From: Candidatus Omnitrophota bacterium
GTDB taxonomy: Bacteria > Omnitrophota > Gorgyraeia > B26-G9
DNA length: 64,000 bases
Assembly: GCA_018817165.1 (NCBI GenBank)
Contig: JAHITY010000070.1
Coordinates: 363-64,362, forward strand
Direction of reading: 5' to 3'
Positions 45,196-55,400 of the stretch are shown piece by piece. The translations under genes were made by a program, and so were the position numbers. Positions within the stretch are counted from its first letter, which is position 1, and each line of letters starts with the position of its first letter. A model generated the notes under the pieces. The model saw nothing but the letters and a program-made list of their open reading frames with translations, was not told where the DNA came from and did not search any database.

Positions 45196-47673
45196 ATGAT
45201 AAGTTTTATAAGCAAGATTTTTTATAGAAATAGTATATGGTTTGTGAAGTGTGTCCAGACGGGTATTTCACTGTTTTTGATTTTTGGATTACTTGCAGGC
45301 AATGTTTATGCCGGAAACGTAATGCTCACGGACAAGTATACATTTTGGATAATTTCCAATGCTTTAGATGAAGCAGCGCCGATTGTCCAAGAATGTTCTC
45401 CACAAGCAAATGCCTCGGATATCTCCCGATCAACTAATATTAAAGCTTGTATCTTTGATGCCCAATCAGATATAGATTACACATCAATCGATATGGCTGT
45501 AAATGGCGCGCTGATCATAAGCAATGGGATTGTTCAGACTTATCAAGATGTTTCGGGCAATACTCTGTACTATCAAGTCGAAATAGTCGAGAAAACCGCT
45601 AATGATTATGTCTTAATGTATGATCCTGTTGAGTGTTTTAATTATGAAGAAAATGTGCGGGTAACCTTAAACGCGGCAGATGTTAAAGGCAATCAAATTA
45701 ATTCCTATGATTATTCTTTTAAAATTCAGAATTTTCAAATCGGAGCAGTCAGTTCTTTTTTTAATGCGGCACCTTTAAATATTAGTTTAGCAGCGCAAAC
45801 ATCTGATACCGGATTTATGCAGGATCATTCTGTGATTGCCAATTCAGTTGATGGCAAATATGTGTTTATTGCTTGGGAACAACGCAGCAGTACAGGTATC
45901 TGGGATATTTACTGTGTAAAATCAAATGATTTTGGCAAAACTTTTTCCGCTCCAATGAGAGTAAATCCTGACGCAGCCGGCGCGGAACAACGTTCCCCGA
46001 GCATTGCTTTAGATGGCTTAAATAATGCGTACATCAGCTGGCAGCAAAAAGCAGTTTCCGGAGATTGGGATATTTATATCGCGAAAATTAACAGCGATGA
46101 AACTTTCTTTAGCACGAGCAAGCGGATATATGCTGATTATAATTCGACGGATCAAATATTGCCATCAATCACAGTGGGCCCAGCACTGCAAAGTGACGGC
46201 CTTTCTTGGACCCAGGAGCCGTCAACAGTATATGCTGTATGGGTAGAGAGCAATGGTACAGCTTCCAGTGTTCGTTATACACGAACAACTGCTGCTTATA
46301 ATGATGCTTGGGATGTTTTTGTGAGTAATAGTATTCGGATTGATACTGCTCGCGCACAGCAGTGTAAAGACCCAATAATAAAACTGGATGCCAGCGCGAG
46401 AACTTTTGTCGCTTGGCGCGGAGATAATGCTAATGGAACTTCCAGTATTTATTTTGATCGGGCAAATAAGAATATACTTGATGGAAAAGAACTTTTTAGT
46501 ACAGATATTACGGTCAGCAATAGCACTAGTGCGGGAGCAAAACCGGAATTAGAGGTTTCCGCAGATGGGAATAATGTTTATCTGCTTTGGAAAGAACGAT
46601 TATCCGATCAAGCTAATTTAAGGTTTTCCTATTATCGCTATTTAAATGGATATTATACTTTAAACGCGTCCAAAGTCGTTAATTCTGATGTTTTAAGCGA
46701 AGCCGATTTAGGCGAATATGATATTAGCATTGATATCGGCAATGATGTGTCAGTGATCTGGAGCGAGGTTCATAATAATAATCGAGTGATAAATCTGGCT
46801 GGCGCAACTTATAATAACTATACTTTTTCCGAATTTGCCTCTATTGCTACTCCAGGGGTGCAGCAAAATCCTTGCTTAGGTATGGATTCTGTGGGCGGAC
46901 ACTATTATATGTCATGGACAGATAATAGCAATGGGTACGACTCAGTATATTTTTGCCGCAATACTTATATTGTAACTGATGAAATTACCGCGCAAAAAAT
47001 TGATAATAGCATTGGCGGGATTGTTGCTGTCAGCTCGGGAAGCATAGCTGGCACTAAAATTGAAATTGCTCCAGACGCGATTGATGCTCCGATTACAATT
47101 ACAATCGCCGAATCAGTGGGAGCTCCAGAGCCGGATAATGGCTTGATCAGATTGGGTAATGTTGTGGACTTTGGCCCAGGGCAGACAACATTTAAAACTC
47201 CGGCAAGGATTAGTTTGCCTTATAATAATCCAAATGCAATAGATGATAATTTACTAAATGTATATTACTACAATATTGCTGCTTTAAAATGGGAACTGGT
47301 TCCCGGTTGTGCTGTGGATATTGCAAATCAAATGGTTTCAGTGAATATTAACCATTTTTCGATTTATATGGTTGCTGATGGGGCAATAACTGCAGAAAAT
47401 ATTGATTCAACGCAAAGTGGCGGCGGAGGTGGAGGCGGCTGTTTTATTGCTACGGCGGCATTTGGAACCAGCACTGCTGAACAAGTCGATGCTTTGCGTA
47501 AATTTCGAGATCAATATTTATTAACCAATAAATTAGGAATAAGTTTTGTTCAGAACTATTATAAATATAGCCCGCCGTTTGCCGATAAGATCAGGAACAA
47601 TGATCAGATAAAAGTCTTGATTCGAGTATGTCTTAAACCCTTGATTAGCTTAAGCCAGAGTATTTGCCGGTAA
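45196..47673 (+). CDS. exported multidomain surface protein with C-terminal CFI-box-CTERM domain
   Basis: signal peptide ending VYA; Ig-like domain; BNR-like SNDFGKTF and repeated propeller blades; ZU5-like segment; GGGGGGCFIATAAFG. Confidence 0.82.
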   Translation: MISFISKIFYRNSIWFVKCVQTGISLFLIFGLLAGNVYAGNVMLTDKYTFWIISNALDEAAPIVQECSPQANASDISRSTNIKACIFDAQSDIDYTSIDMAVNGALIISNGIVQTYQDVSGNTLYYQVEIVEKTANDYVLMYDPVECFNYEENVRVTLNAADVKGNQINSYDYSFKIQNFQIGAVSSFFNAAPLNISLAAQTSDTGFMQDHSVIANSVDGKYVFIAWEQRSSTGIWDIYCVKSNDFGKTFSAPMRVNPDAAGAEQRSPSIALDGLNNAYISWQQKAVSGDWDIYIAKINSDETFFSTSKRIYADYNSTDQILPSITVGPALQSDGLSWTQEPSTVYAVWVESNGTASSVRYTRTTAAYNDAWDVFVSNSIRIDTARAQQCKDPIIKLDASARTFVAWRGDNANGTSSIYFDRANKNILDGKELFSTDITVSNSTSAGAKPELEVSADGNNVYLLWKERLSDQANLRFSYYRYLNGYYTLNASKVVNSDVLSEADLGEYDISIDIGNDVSVIWSEVHNNNRVINLAGATYNNYTFSEFASIATPGVQQNPCLGMDSVGGHYYMSWTDNSNGYDSVYFCRNTYIVTDEITAQKIDNSIGGIVAVSSGSIAGTKIEIAPDAIDAPITITIAESVGAPEPDNGLIRLGNVVDFGPGQTTFKTPARISLPYNNPNAIDDNLLNVYYYNIAALKWELVPGCAVDIANQMVSVNINHFSIYMVADGAITAENIDSTQSGGGGGGGCFIATAAFGTSTAEQVDALRKFRDQYLLTNKLGISFVQNYYKYSPPFADKIRNNDQIKVLIRVCLKPLISLSQSICR

Positions 47674-47689
47674 TTTATTTGTTGCTACC

Positions 47690-47739
47690 TTGACAAATTT
47701 TGTCAAATATGATATAAAGATATTCGAATATGATTATAT
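47690..47739 (+). promoter_or_regulatory. promoter and probable ArsR operator
   Basis: TTGACA-N17-TATAAA, then imperfect palindrome ATATTCGAATATGATTATAT. Confidence 0.55.
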
Positions 47740-47755
47740 GATAAAGAGAGGATTT

Positions 47756-48046
47756 ATGGCGATAGTCAAGTATAACTATCTAAATGCGGCTAAATTTTTA
47801 AAAGCGCTTTCACATCCCACAAGGTTAATGATTGTCAATGAACTGGCATCAGGGAAAAAATGTGTGAATGATATAAAGGAACTGGTGCAGGCGAATCAGC
47901 CGAATATATCGCAGCATTTATCCTTGCTTAAATTAAGCGGGATTGTGGATAGCCGACAGAATGGTAAAATGAAATGTTATTTTTTAAAAGATGAACCGAT
48001 GATGCGGGAGTTATTTAATAATTTAAAGAAGAATAAGTTGATTTAA
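47756..48046 (+). CDS. ArsR/SmtB-family regulator
   Basis: LKALSHPTRL, CV, QPNISQHL. Confidence 0.9.
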   Translation: MAIVKYNYLNAAKFLKALSHPTRLMIVNELASGKKCVNDIKELVQANQPNISQHLSLLKLSGIVDSRQNGKMKCYFLKDEPMMRELFNNLKKNKLI

Positions 48047-48111
48047 ATGTAAATATTCCGCCAAAAGGCGGAATAAATAGTTAAAAGAGAAAATTTAATA
48101 GAGTGTGTATT

Positions 48112-48270
48112 ATGCGGATATTTTTAGGGATGTTAATTGGTGCGGTATTCGGCGGGCTTCTGGGATATTTTGGTAAATGCTCAAGCGGTACATGTCCTTT
48201 AACCAGTACACCTTTGCGCGGTACGTTATATGGCGCTTTTTTGGGGCTGCTGTTTGCGTTAATGAAATAG
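48112..48270 (+). CDS. DUF6132-like 52-aa membrane protein (not in the ORF track)
   Basis: two TM helices around GKCSSGTCPLTSTP. Confidence 0.75.
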   Translation: MRIFLGMLIGAVFGGLLGYFGKCSSGTCPLTSTPLRGTLYGAFLGLLFALMK

Positions 48271-48318
48271 AGGATCGCAAGAGGACGGAATACAAATTAC
48301 TAATTTCTAATTGCACTA

Positions 48319-48351
48319 ATTTCTAAACTCTAAATAAACTCAAATGACTAA
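48319..48351 (+). repeat. 33-bp repeat C, copy 2
   Basis: matches 23103-23135. Confidence 0.85.
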
Positions 48352-48422
48352 GCCAAAAACACAGAAAAACAGAAAATAGTGAATTAGTTCATAAAGTTAT
48401 AAAGTAAAAGCAAGGAGAAAAA

Positions 48423-50144
48423 ATGAAACTACTAATTATCGGCGGGGTTGCCGGAGGCGCAACGGCAGCGGCCAGAGCAAGAAGGCTGAATGAACAGGCG
48501 CAGATCATAATGTTTGAGCGCGGCGAATATATATCGTTTGCTAATTGCGGATTGCCGTATTATGCGGGCGATGTAATTAAAAAGCGGCAATCACTACTGG
48601 TGCAGACACCGCAGGGGCTGAAAAGGCGTTTTAATATTGATGTGCGGATTAAGCATCTTGTAAGATCCATTGATACAGTGAATAAAAAAATTCAGGTAAG
48701 AGATATAGTAAATAGCCGGGATTATGAGGAAAGCTATGATAAGCTTATTCTTTCTCCGGGAGCAGAGCCGATTGTTCCAGCTTTTCCGGGAGCGGATTCG
48801 CCTTGCGTGCATACAGTGCGGACTGTTCCTGATATTGATCGAATTAAACAAGCGCTTGATTCCGCTAAAGTAAAAAAAGCAGTGGTGATCGGAGCGGGAT
48901 TTATTGGTATAGAAATGTCAGAGAATTTACGCGAAAGAGGAGTAGAAACATATCTGGTTGAGAAAATGGATCAGGTTATGCCTCCGTTTGATAAAGATAT
49001 GGCAGTAATTCTTGAGCGGGAAATTATGGCGCATGATGTCAGGCTTTATCTTAATGAAGAAGTTGTGAAAATAAGTAAGGAAACTAATGGATATAAAGTG
49101 CATACAGCATCAGGCAAAGGTTTAGATACAGATTTAGTTATTATGGCAATAGGTGTAAGGCCGGAAACTAATCTTGCCAAACAAGCTGGATTAAAACTAG
49201 GCAACAGGGGAATTGTAACAAATGCTAAAATGCAGACATCTGATGAATCAATCTATGCTATTGGTGATGTTGTAGAGAGCCTGGATCCGGTAACTGATGT
49301 GTATCGCCATATTCCTTTAGCCGGGCCCGCGGCTAAGCAGGCGCTTGTCGCGGTGAACAATATATTTGGAATAGACGATGAGTATGCCGGAACTATTGGG
49401 ACTTCGATAGTAAAAGTATTTAATATCGCCGGGGCAATGACTGGAGCAAGCGAGAAAACACTAAAAGCAAGTAAAATCAATTACGCGAAGGTATACACTC
49501 ATCCCGCTGACCATGTGGGGTATTATCCGGGTGCGGTGAATATGGCGATAAAGCTTTTATATAATCCGCAAAGCGGGATTGTGCTGGGCGCGCAAATTTC
49601 AGGGGAAAACGGCGTAGATAGAAAAACCGATGTGCTGGCTGTCGCGGTAAAGCAAAAGATGCGAATAAAGGATCTGGCGGAATTGGAATTATGTTATGCT
49701 CCGCCATATGGCACATCAAAAGACGCGATTAATCTTACGGGCATGACGGCTTTAAATCATATGAGAAATATAACCAAATTAATCCACTGGGAAAATGTTT
49801 CTCCAGATGATTTTTTGCTTGATGCCAGAACTGTCGGCGAATACACTAAAGGAAATGTGCCTAATTCAGTTAATATTCCGATTGATGAATTAAGAGAGCG
49901 TTTAAATGAAATTCCCAAAGACAAACATATTGCTGTATTTTGCCAGTATGGGGTAAGGGCACATATTGCCTGCCGGATTCTTAATCAGCACGGATATACA
50001 GCCGGTAATATTTCAGGCGGATATGTGACATTTATAAATTATCGAGATGCTTATAAGTCTTCGGGATTTTTGAGTGCCCAAAACAGGCTGGATGATGAGC
50101 CTTTCTGCTCAGGTCCAACCGGAGAGTCTGAAATTGGTAAATAA
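48423..50144 (+). CDS. CoA-disulfide/persulfide reductase with rhodanese domain
   Basis: GGVAGG, SFANCGLPYY, GAGFIG, YAPP, C-terminal rhodanese FCQYGVR. Confidence 0.93.
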   Translation: MKLLIIGGVAGGATAAARARRLNEQAQIIMFERGEYISFANCGLPYYAGDVIKKRQSLLVQTPQGLKRRFNIDVRIKHLVRSIDTVNKKIQVRDIVNSRDYEESYDKLILSPGAEPIVPAFPGADSPCVHTVRTVPDIDRIKQALDSAKVKKAVVIGAGFIGIEMSENLRERGVETYLVEKMDQVMPPFDKDMAVILEREIMAHDVRLYLNEEVVKISKETNGYKVHTASGKGLDTDLVIMAIGVRPETNLAKQAGLKLGNRGIVTNAKMQTSDESIYAIGDVVESLDPVTDVYRHIPLAGPAAKQALVAVNNIFGIDDEYAGTIGTSIVKVFNIAGAMTGASEKTLKASKINYAKVYTHPADHVGYYPGAVNMAIKLLYNPQSGIVLGAQISGENGVDRKTDVLAVAVKQKMRIKDLAELELCYAPPYGTSKDAINLTGMTALNHMRNITKLIHWENVSPDDFLLDARTVGEYTKGNVPNSVNIPIDELRERLNEIPKDKHIAVFCQYGVRAHIACRILNQHGYTAGNISGGYVTFINYRDAYKSSGFLSAQNRLDDEPFCSGPTGESEIGK

Positions 50145-50262
50145 ATTAAATTAGATATATCCAACTAATAAAAAGTTTTTATTTGACTATGTGTAAGTGT
50201 CGTGATAGGATATGGAAATATTTCTTAAGTAAATAAGACAATATCCAATACGGAGACATTAA

Positions 50263-52005
50263 ATGACAAATAAAAAATATTTAATAAAGTATTTTGGAAT
50301 GATAGTTTTTTTGTTTACTTTTTCCGCGATGTCTTATGCCGCGGAAATTATTTTTTTAGATACATCCTCAACTGCTAGTCAGGCTTCTTCAACGCAAAAA
50401 TTTTCGTTTTCCCAAAGAATGCATGATCTTACGGATTTTGCTTCCTATAAATAATATGGACCGGATCGTTCCGGGATGATCAGCGGAAGATTTTCTACGC
50501 AAGTCGAGTTTACTAATGTTTCCGGCAATCAAGCAAAATCTTTTTATCAAGATAATAATGAAGATTATCAAACTGATTTAAACATCAATTTGTTTGAAAA
50601 ATTGTCCAATGGTTATCAATTACAGAGTCAATCTGCTTTGCGGAAAACTGATAATTCGCGAGTTGAAAATACCCGAGATGTAAAGATCAAACAATTTAAT
50701 CTCTCAGCGCGTAATGAGGATAATCTTTTTGAACTAGGTGACTTTTATGCTGATTTCAGTCAATTTGTAATGGGCAGCAGCCTGGAAGGGGCAAATGCTC
50801 AGATGAAGTTTTCGGATGCTCTGGAATTAAAAACAGTTGCTGCCCGTAAATATGAGAGTGATTCAGCGGCCGGTCTTTTTCAGCGGGATGTTGCTGGCTT
50901 AAAAGCCGATAACTTTTTGTTTGAAGATTCTGATATGTTTTCTTTGTTTCGTTTGGGAGCACAGGGGGTAAGCGTTCAGGATGATAGCTCAACTATTCCC
51001 GATAATTCCAGCAGTGTTGATTTAAATAATTCGGTTTATGGCATCGATGGTGAAATGCGCATGCAAAACGGCACTTCTTTATTATTTGAGCTGGCCCGCA
51101 GCCGCTATATCTCAGATGATGATGCTGTTTCGAGGAATCTCAGCTCGGGAATGGCTTTTCGTGTGCAGCCGGGTTTTCGTTATGAAGACTGGTTTAATCT
51201 TAAATATCTTTATTATTATGTTCAGCCGGAATTTTACAGTGAAGTGGGCTCGGCTTCATCTGATAAAATCCAGCATCAAGTGGTTGCTGATCTGCGTTTA
51301 AGTGAAAAGAATGTTCTTTCCCTAACTGAGAATCTTTATTGGAATTACCTGGATGACAGTAATCAGACAAAACGCACAACCAATAATGAGCAATATATTG
51401 CTCTTACGACTCGTCCTTTTGAAGATAATAAAAATTTTTCTGTCCGCACTTATGTAAATCATTTAGACCGAGATTCTGATGATTTAGGAAATAGCGCGGA
51501 AGCAACAACTTCTACCTATGGGCTTTCTTTAAATACTAGAATATCTGAAGCATCGGTGGGCGTGTTTTTTGAGCATCGCTATTTTGATGATAAAGCGGCT
51601 GGGGCTAATACAGAATCTTTTCAGCGTTTTGGCAGCAACTTCAGCCGAGACTTTAATGTTTTTAAACGCCGGCTTTATTTAGCCGCTAATTACAGTATGG
51701 ACGCAAGAGATACGCGTAATGATGAGAACCTAAGTCTTAGTAATGGGTTGTCGGTTAGCGGTCGTTATGAGATCAGCGATCCTTTAAACTTTAATTTTGG
51801 GCATAATCTGATGATCGCTGATAATGCCGGACCAATGGAAGATTATTATACAAATAAGACTTATGGTGAACTTGCTTATAAACTTAAAGGCGAGCGTAAT
51901 GGAGTTATCAGCACTCGCGCTGAAATAAATAATTATCTGTATGATGCCAATGATGGAGATTATCAGGAAAAAAGATTTGTTGTAAAATTCAGTAGTAATT
52001 TCTAA
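50263..52005 (+). pseudogene. outer-membrane beta-barrel protein split by one in-frame TAA (ORFs 50263-50454 and 50476-52005)
   Basis: signal peptide in the first ORF; same frame; single stop at 50452-50454; amphipathic strands and terminal Phe. Confidence 0.7.
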
Positions 52006-52019
52006 ACGAGAGGGTTATT

Positions 52020-52460
52020 ATGCGTAACTTTAAACAAAACTTACTATTTGTTATTTTAGGAATTGTTCTGTTCTGTTCAACTGTTTTTGCGGTTATTGAT
52101 GATCAGCAAGAACAGGAAATTGGTAAAGCCGCGGTTAATCAAGTTTTCAGTGCTTATTCCAATTATTCGCTGGGGGGATTTGATGCTGTGGTTTCTGATG
52201 GTTTTATGCCTTTGCGTAGTGAATTTATGAACAGGGTTGATGTTTCTGCAATAAATCAGCAGACAGTGGAATTTAATGTTTCGATCGACCAAGTGCTTGT
52301 TAGCGAGCAAAAGATGTCAGTCATGTGCAAATGGTATAAAAAATTTACAGTTTCTGGAATTCCAGGGCAGCAAAAAAATCAGGGCAGTTCAGAACTGATC
52401 TTTAAATTGGAAGATGAGCAGTGGAAACTTATTTCAATTAGCGGCGATAACCCATTTTAA
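52020..52460 (+). CDS. exported NTF2/SnoaL-like small protein
   Basis: signal peptide ending VFA; helix-strand pattern ending FKLEDEQWKLISI. Confidence 0.7.
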   Translation: MRNFKQNLLFVILGIVLFCSTVFAVIDDQQEQEIGKAAVNQVFSAYSNYSLGGFDAVVSDGFMPLRSEFMNRVDVSAINQQTVEFNVSIDQVLVSEQKMSVMCKWYKKFTVSGIPGQQKNQGSSELIFKLEDEQWKLISISGDNPF

Positions 52461-52481
52461 TATTAACAAAAGGTAATTTTA

Positions 52482-55400
52482 ATGAATAATAAATTTAAAA
52501 ATTCAAAGATTTTTGTAGGATCAATTGTTTGCATTGCCTTGTGTTTGCAGGCTGTGCCTAGTTTTGCTGGTCTGGTTGCGGATAAAATAGTATTGCTTGG
52601 CTTGGATACTGCCGGAGCAATGGCTAAAGAAAAAGACATGAAAAAAGGCGCGGAAGAGGCCTTGAAAAAAACCACTTTTGATTGGCTTTGGGATATCATT
52701 GGCGGAGTAGAAAAGATAGCGTTTGTTGCCCAGGAAGCGGAAATACCGGCAATGAAAGATAAAATAAATTTGGTTGTCAGCACGATTCAAAATATTGATA
52801 AGATATCCACTCAGCTGGGTTCAGGAAAATATGATGAAGCGCTTTTTACTGCGACTGATCAGGCAGTGGGCATGATAAATCATCCTTTGGTCACTGTTAT
52901 GTGGGAAGCAATAAAAATGACTTATGAATCGCAAAAATTGCTGGCTGATGCAAAAGCCCAGGCTGAAATAGAAGCATTGTATGGCATTGTCAGTGGGGAC
53001 CGGAGAATTGCCGGAGAATATAATCCTGATCAAAAAGGCCCGGCTCAGTTTAAGATGAATGCGGAGACGGTGGATTATTTCTTCAATGATTATTTAATTA
53101 CTAGTGCCGGCACGCGTCAATTAGTGCGCTCTTATGTGGAAAAAGAATTAGGCCAAGAATGGCCGGAGCAATCATGGACAGATTACCTTAAAAGTTATAC
53201 AGCAATAGGCTCTGGAGTTGACTTGGCGCAAGCAGCTGAAATCGAAGCGCTTTCCGGTGAGCTGCGCAATGTTGCTCGCGGCTGGATCAGTAAATTATTA
53301 GCAGATGTTAATAAGATGGCTCAAGTTCAGTATGATCAGACAAGAGTGCGTCAGCAGATGGGAGAATTTCATGCTTTTGCTGAGCAGGTCAGTCATTTTT
53401 ATAATAATGATTATGAGCGGATGATGAGTGAGTTTATGGATTTGCGCCGGATGAAACAATCAATTCCGGAATATCGGGCTTTGGAAGTAAAAAGCAAAGC
53501 GCGTTATACTGCTTTATCTGCTGAAATAGCAAAACTTGAAAAATTGAATGTTTTGAAATCAGCTTCGGCAATTGAACAGGAATGTAATACCTGGCAGCTG
53601 CAATTATTAACCGCAGCCAGCGGAGCGGAAACAGTTGGCGAAAAAGCTTTGGGGCAAAGCCTTTATGCCCAGCGGAGAGCTTGGCTTGAATTTCGTGATA
53701 AATTTATGAAGGATTTAAAAGAGGATATGGAAGGCAGTTTGGATGAGGCAAGTGTTTTTCCTGTTCCAACTGTAAATTCAAATAATCCCGAGGCTGACCT
53801 TCAGCGCTATGGACTTGAAAAAGGAATGGCCATGGCAAATGTTTTTTATTCTGAGGTTTTTAAGCCGATGATTATTCCTTATGAATTTCCCGAGGATATA
53901 GAATCATTTTCTGGAGAGATCGAGAAATTTTGCCAGATGGGTAATTTTGTTGAGGCAAAAAAAGTTTTGGATAAACTGGATATAATTAAAAAAGATCTGG
54001 AGCAATATTATACTGTTCAAATGAAAACAAAGATAGCAAATGCCTTAGCAAATCCTCCATCTATTGTAAAGGAAGCAATGGAAAAAACAGGCATTAGCAG
54101 TGTTGGACCAGATGCCCAGACAACAAGTAGGATGAAAGTTGATCAGATTTTTCGTTATCGAAACGGATGGACTTGGGCGGTGCAAAGAGCATATGACATG
54201 CAGCCTCCTTTATATCAGGCAGATGCTGCTTTATTAGCAGCTAGGAAAGTACAATTGCAGGGCATCATAGCTACATTCACAGCATTGGCAAATCAAGCAG
54301 GAGGTAAATATCGCAAATATGCATCAGATATAAGTGCTGCTTTGACTAATCTGCCCATAGGTGATGCTGATGATTTTTCTGTGTACAAAGGGAATTGGGG
54401 GATGTACAGAGAATTTAAGCAGATTGATCAAGCTATAGAAGAATACACTTATCTGGTGCCTAAGAAAAATGTTCAAGGTAATATAGTTGATATCCCTGGG
54501 GCGCTTAGATATTGGGCTCAGGAAATAGAAAACAATTCTCGTCATCCTCAATATATCATTCCTGGGTATCGGGAAAGTTTTTCTATGACAAAACAAAACT
54601 GGGAAAATGCTCGTCAAGCTTGGGAGCAAGCCCCAAGGATAACTGTCGAAGAGGAAGAGATAATTCGAGCTTTGTATTTTCAGAATCTTATTTTTAGTAT
54701 TCCATCCAATCAGGCATACTTAGAAAAGCAAATGGAAGGCTTTAATCCAATGCAAGATCAGGCGTTTTGCGACAAAGCAGTAAATAATATTGGCAGCTAT
54801 CTGTCAACAATGAAGGATACATTGAGCAAATTAGAGCAGAAATTAATCCGCAATTTTAATAATCAAGATCAGGACGCGACATTTTTAAAAAATAACGCGA
54901 AATATGCTCAAGATATGATTGAGGCTTTGATTGCCGCAAAATTAGTCAAACATATAAATGGAAATTATGGTGAATTAATTCCGAATCTTGACATTGCTGA
55001 GAATGACATGGCAAAAGCCAAAGAACCTTATTTGCATTATATGACAGTCAGTGAATTAAACACTATGAAAGCGGGAATAAGCCGGATTATTAATAGCTCA
55101 AAAGCAAATGTTTTTATCCGCAAATATTTGCCGAATTATGCGCAAAAATTGGATGAACTGAGCAGCTTAGCTAATGTTAAGCCGGCCAGTGGAGAAAATA
55201 TAATTATTAGAGGCGCTGACGCTGTCTATGAAAAAGACATTGTTCAGGCAGAAAAATTAATTAAATCCTTAAGATACAAATCAGAGGATAATAAATTTAA
55301 TGCGATTTTAGATCAGATTATGCCCTTGATTCCGCTGATGCTGGTTAAAAATGTTAAAGAAAATTGGTATGGAGTTAAATTTCCCGATGATGCTGAGACT

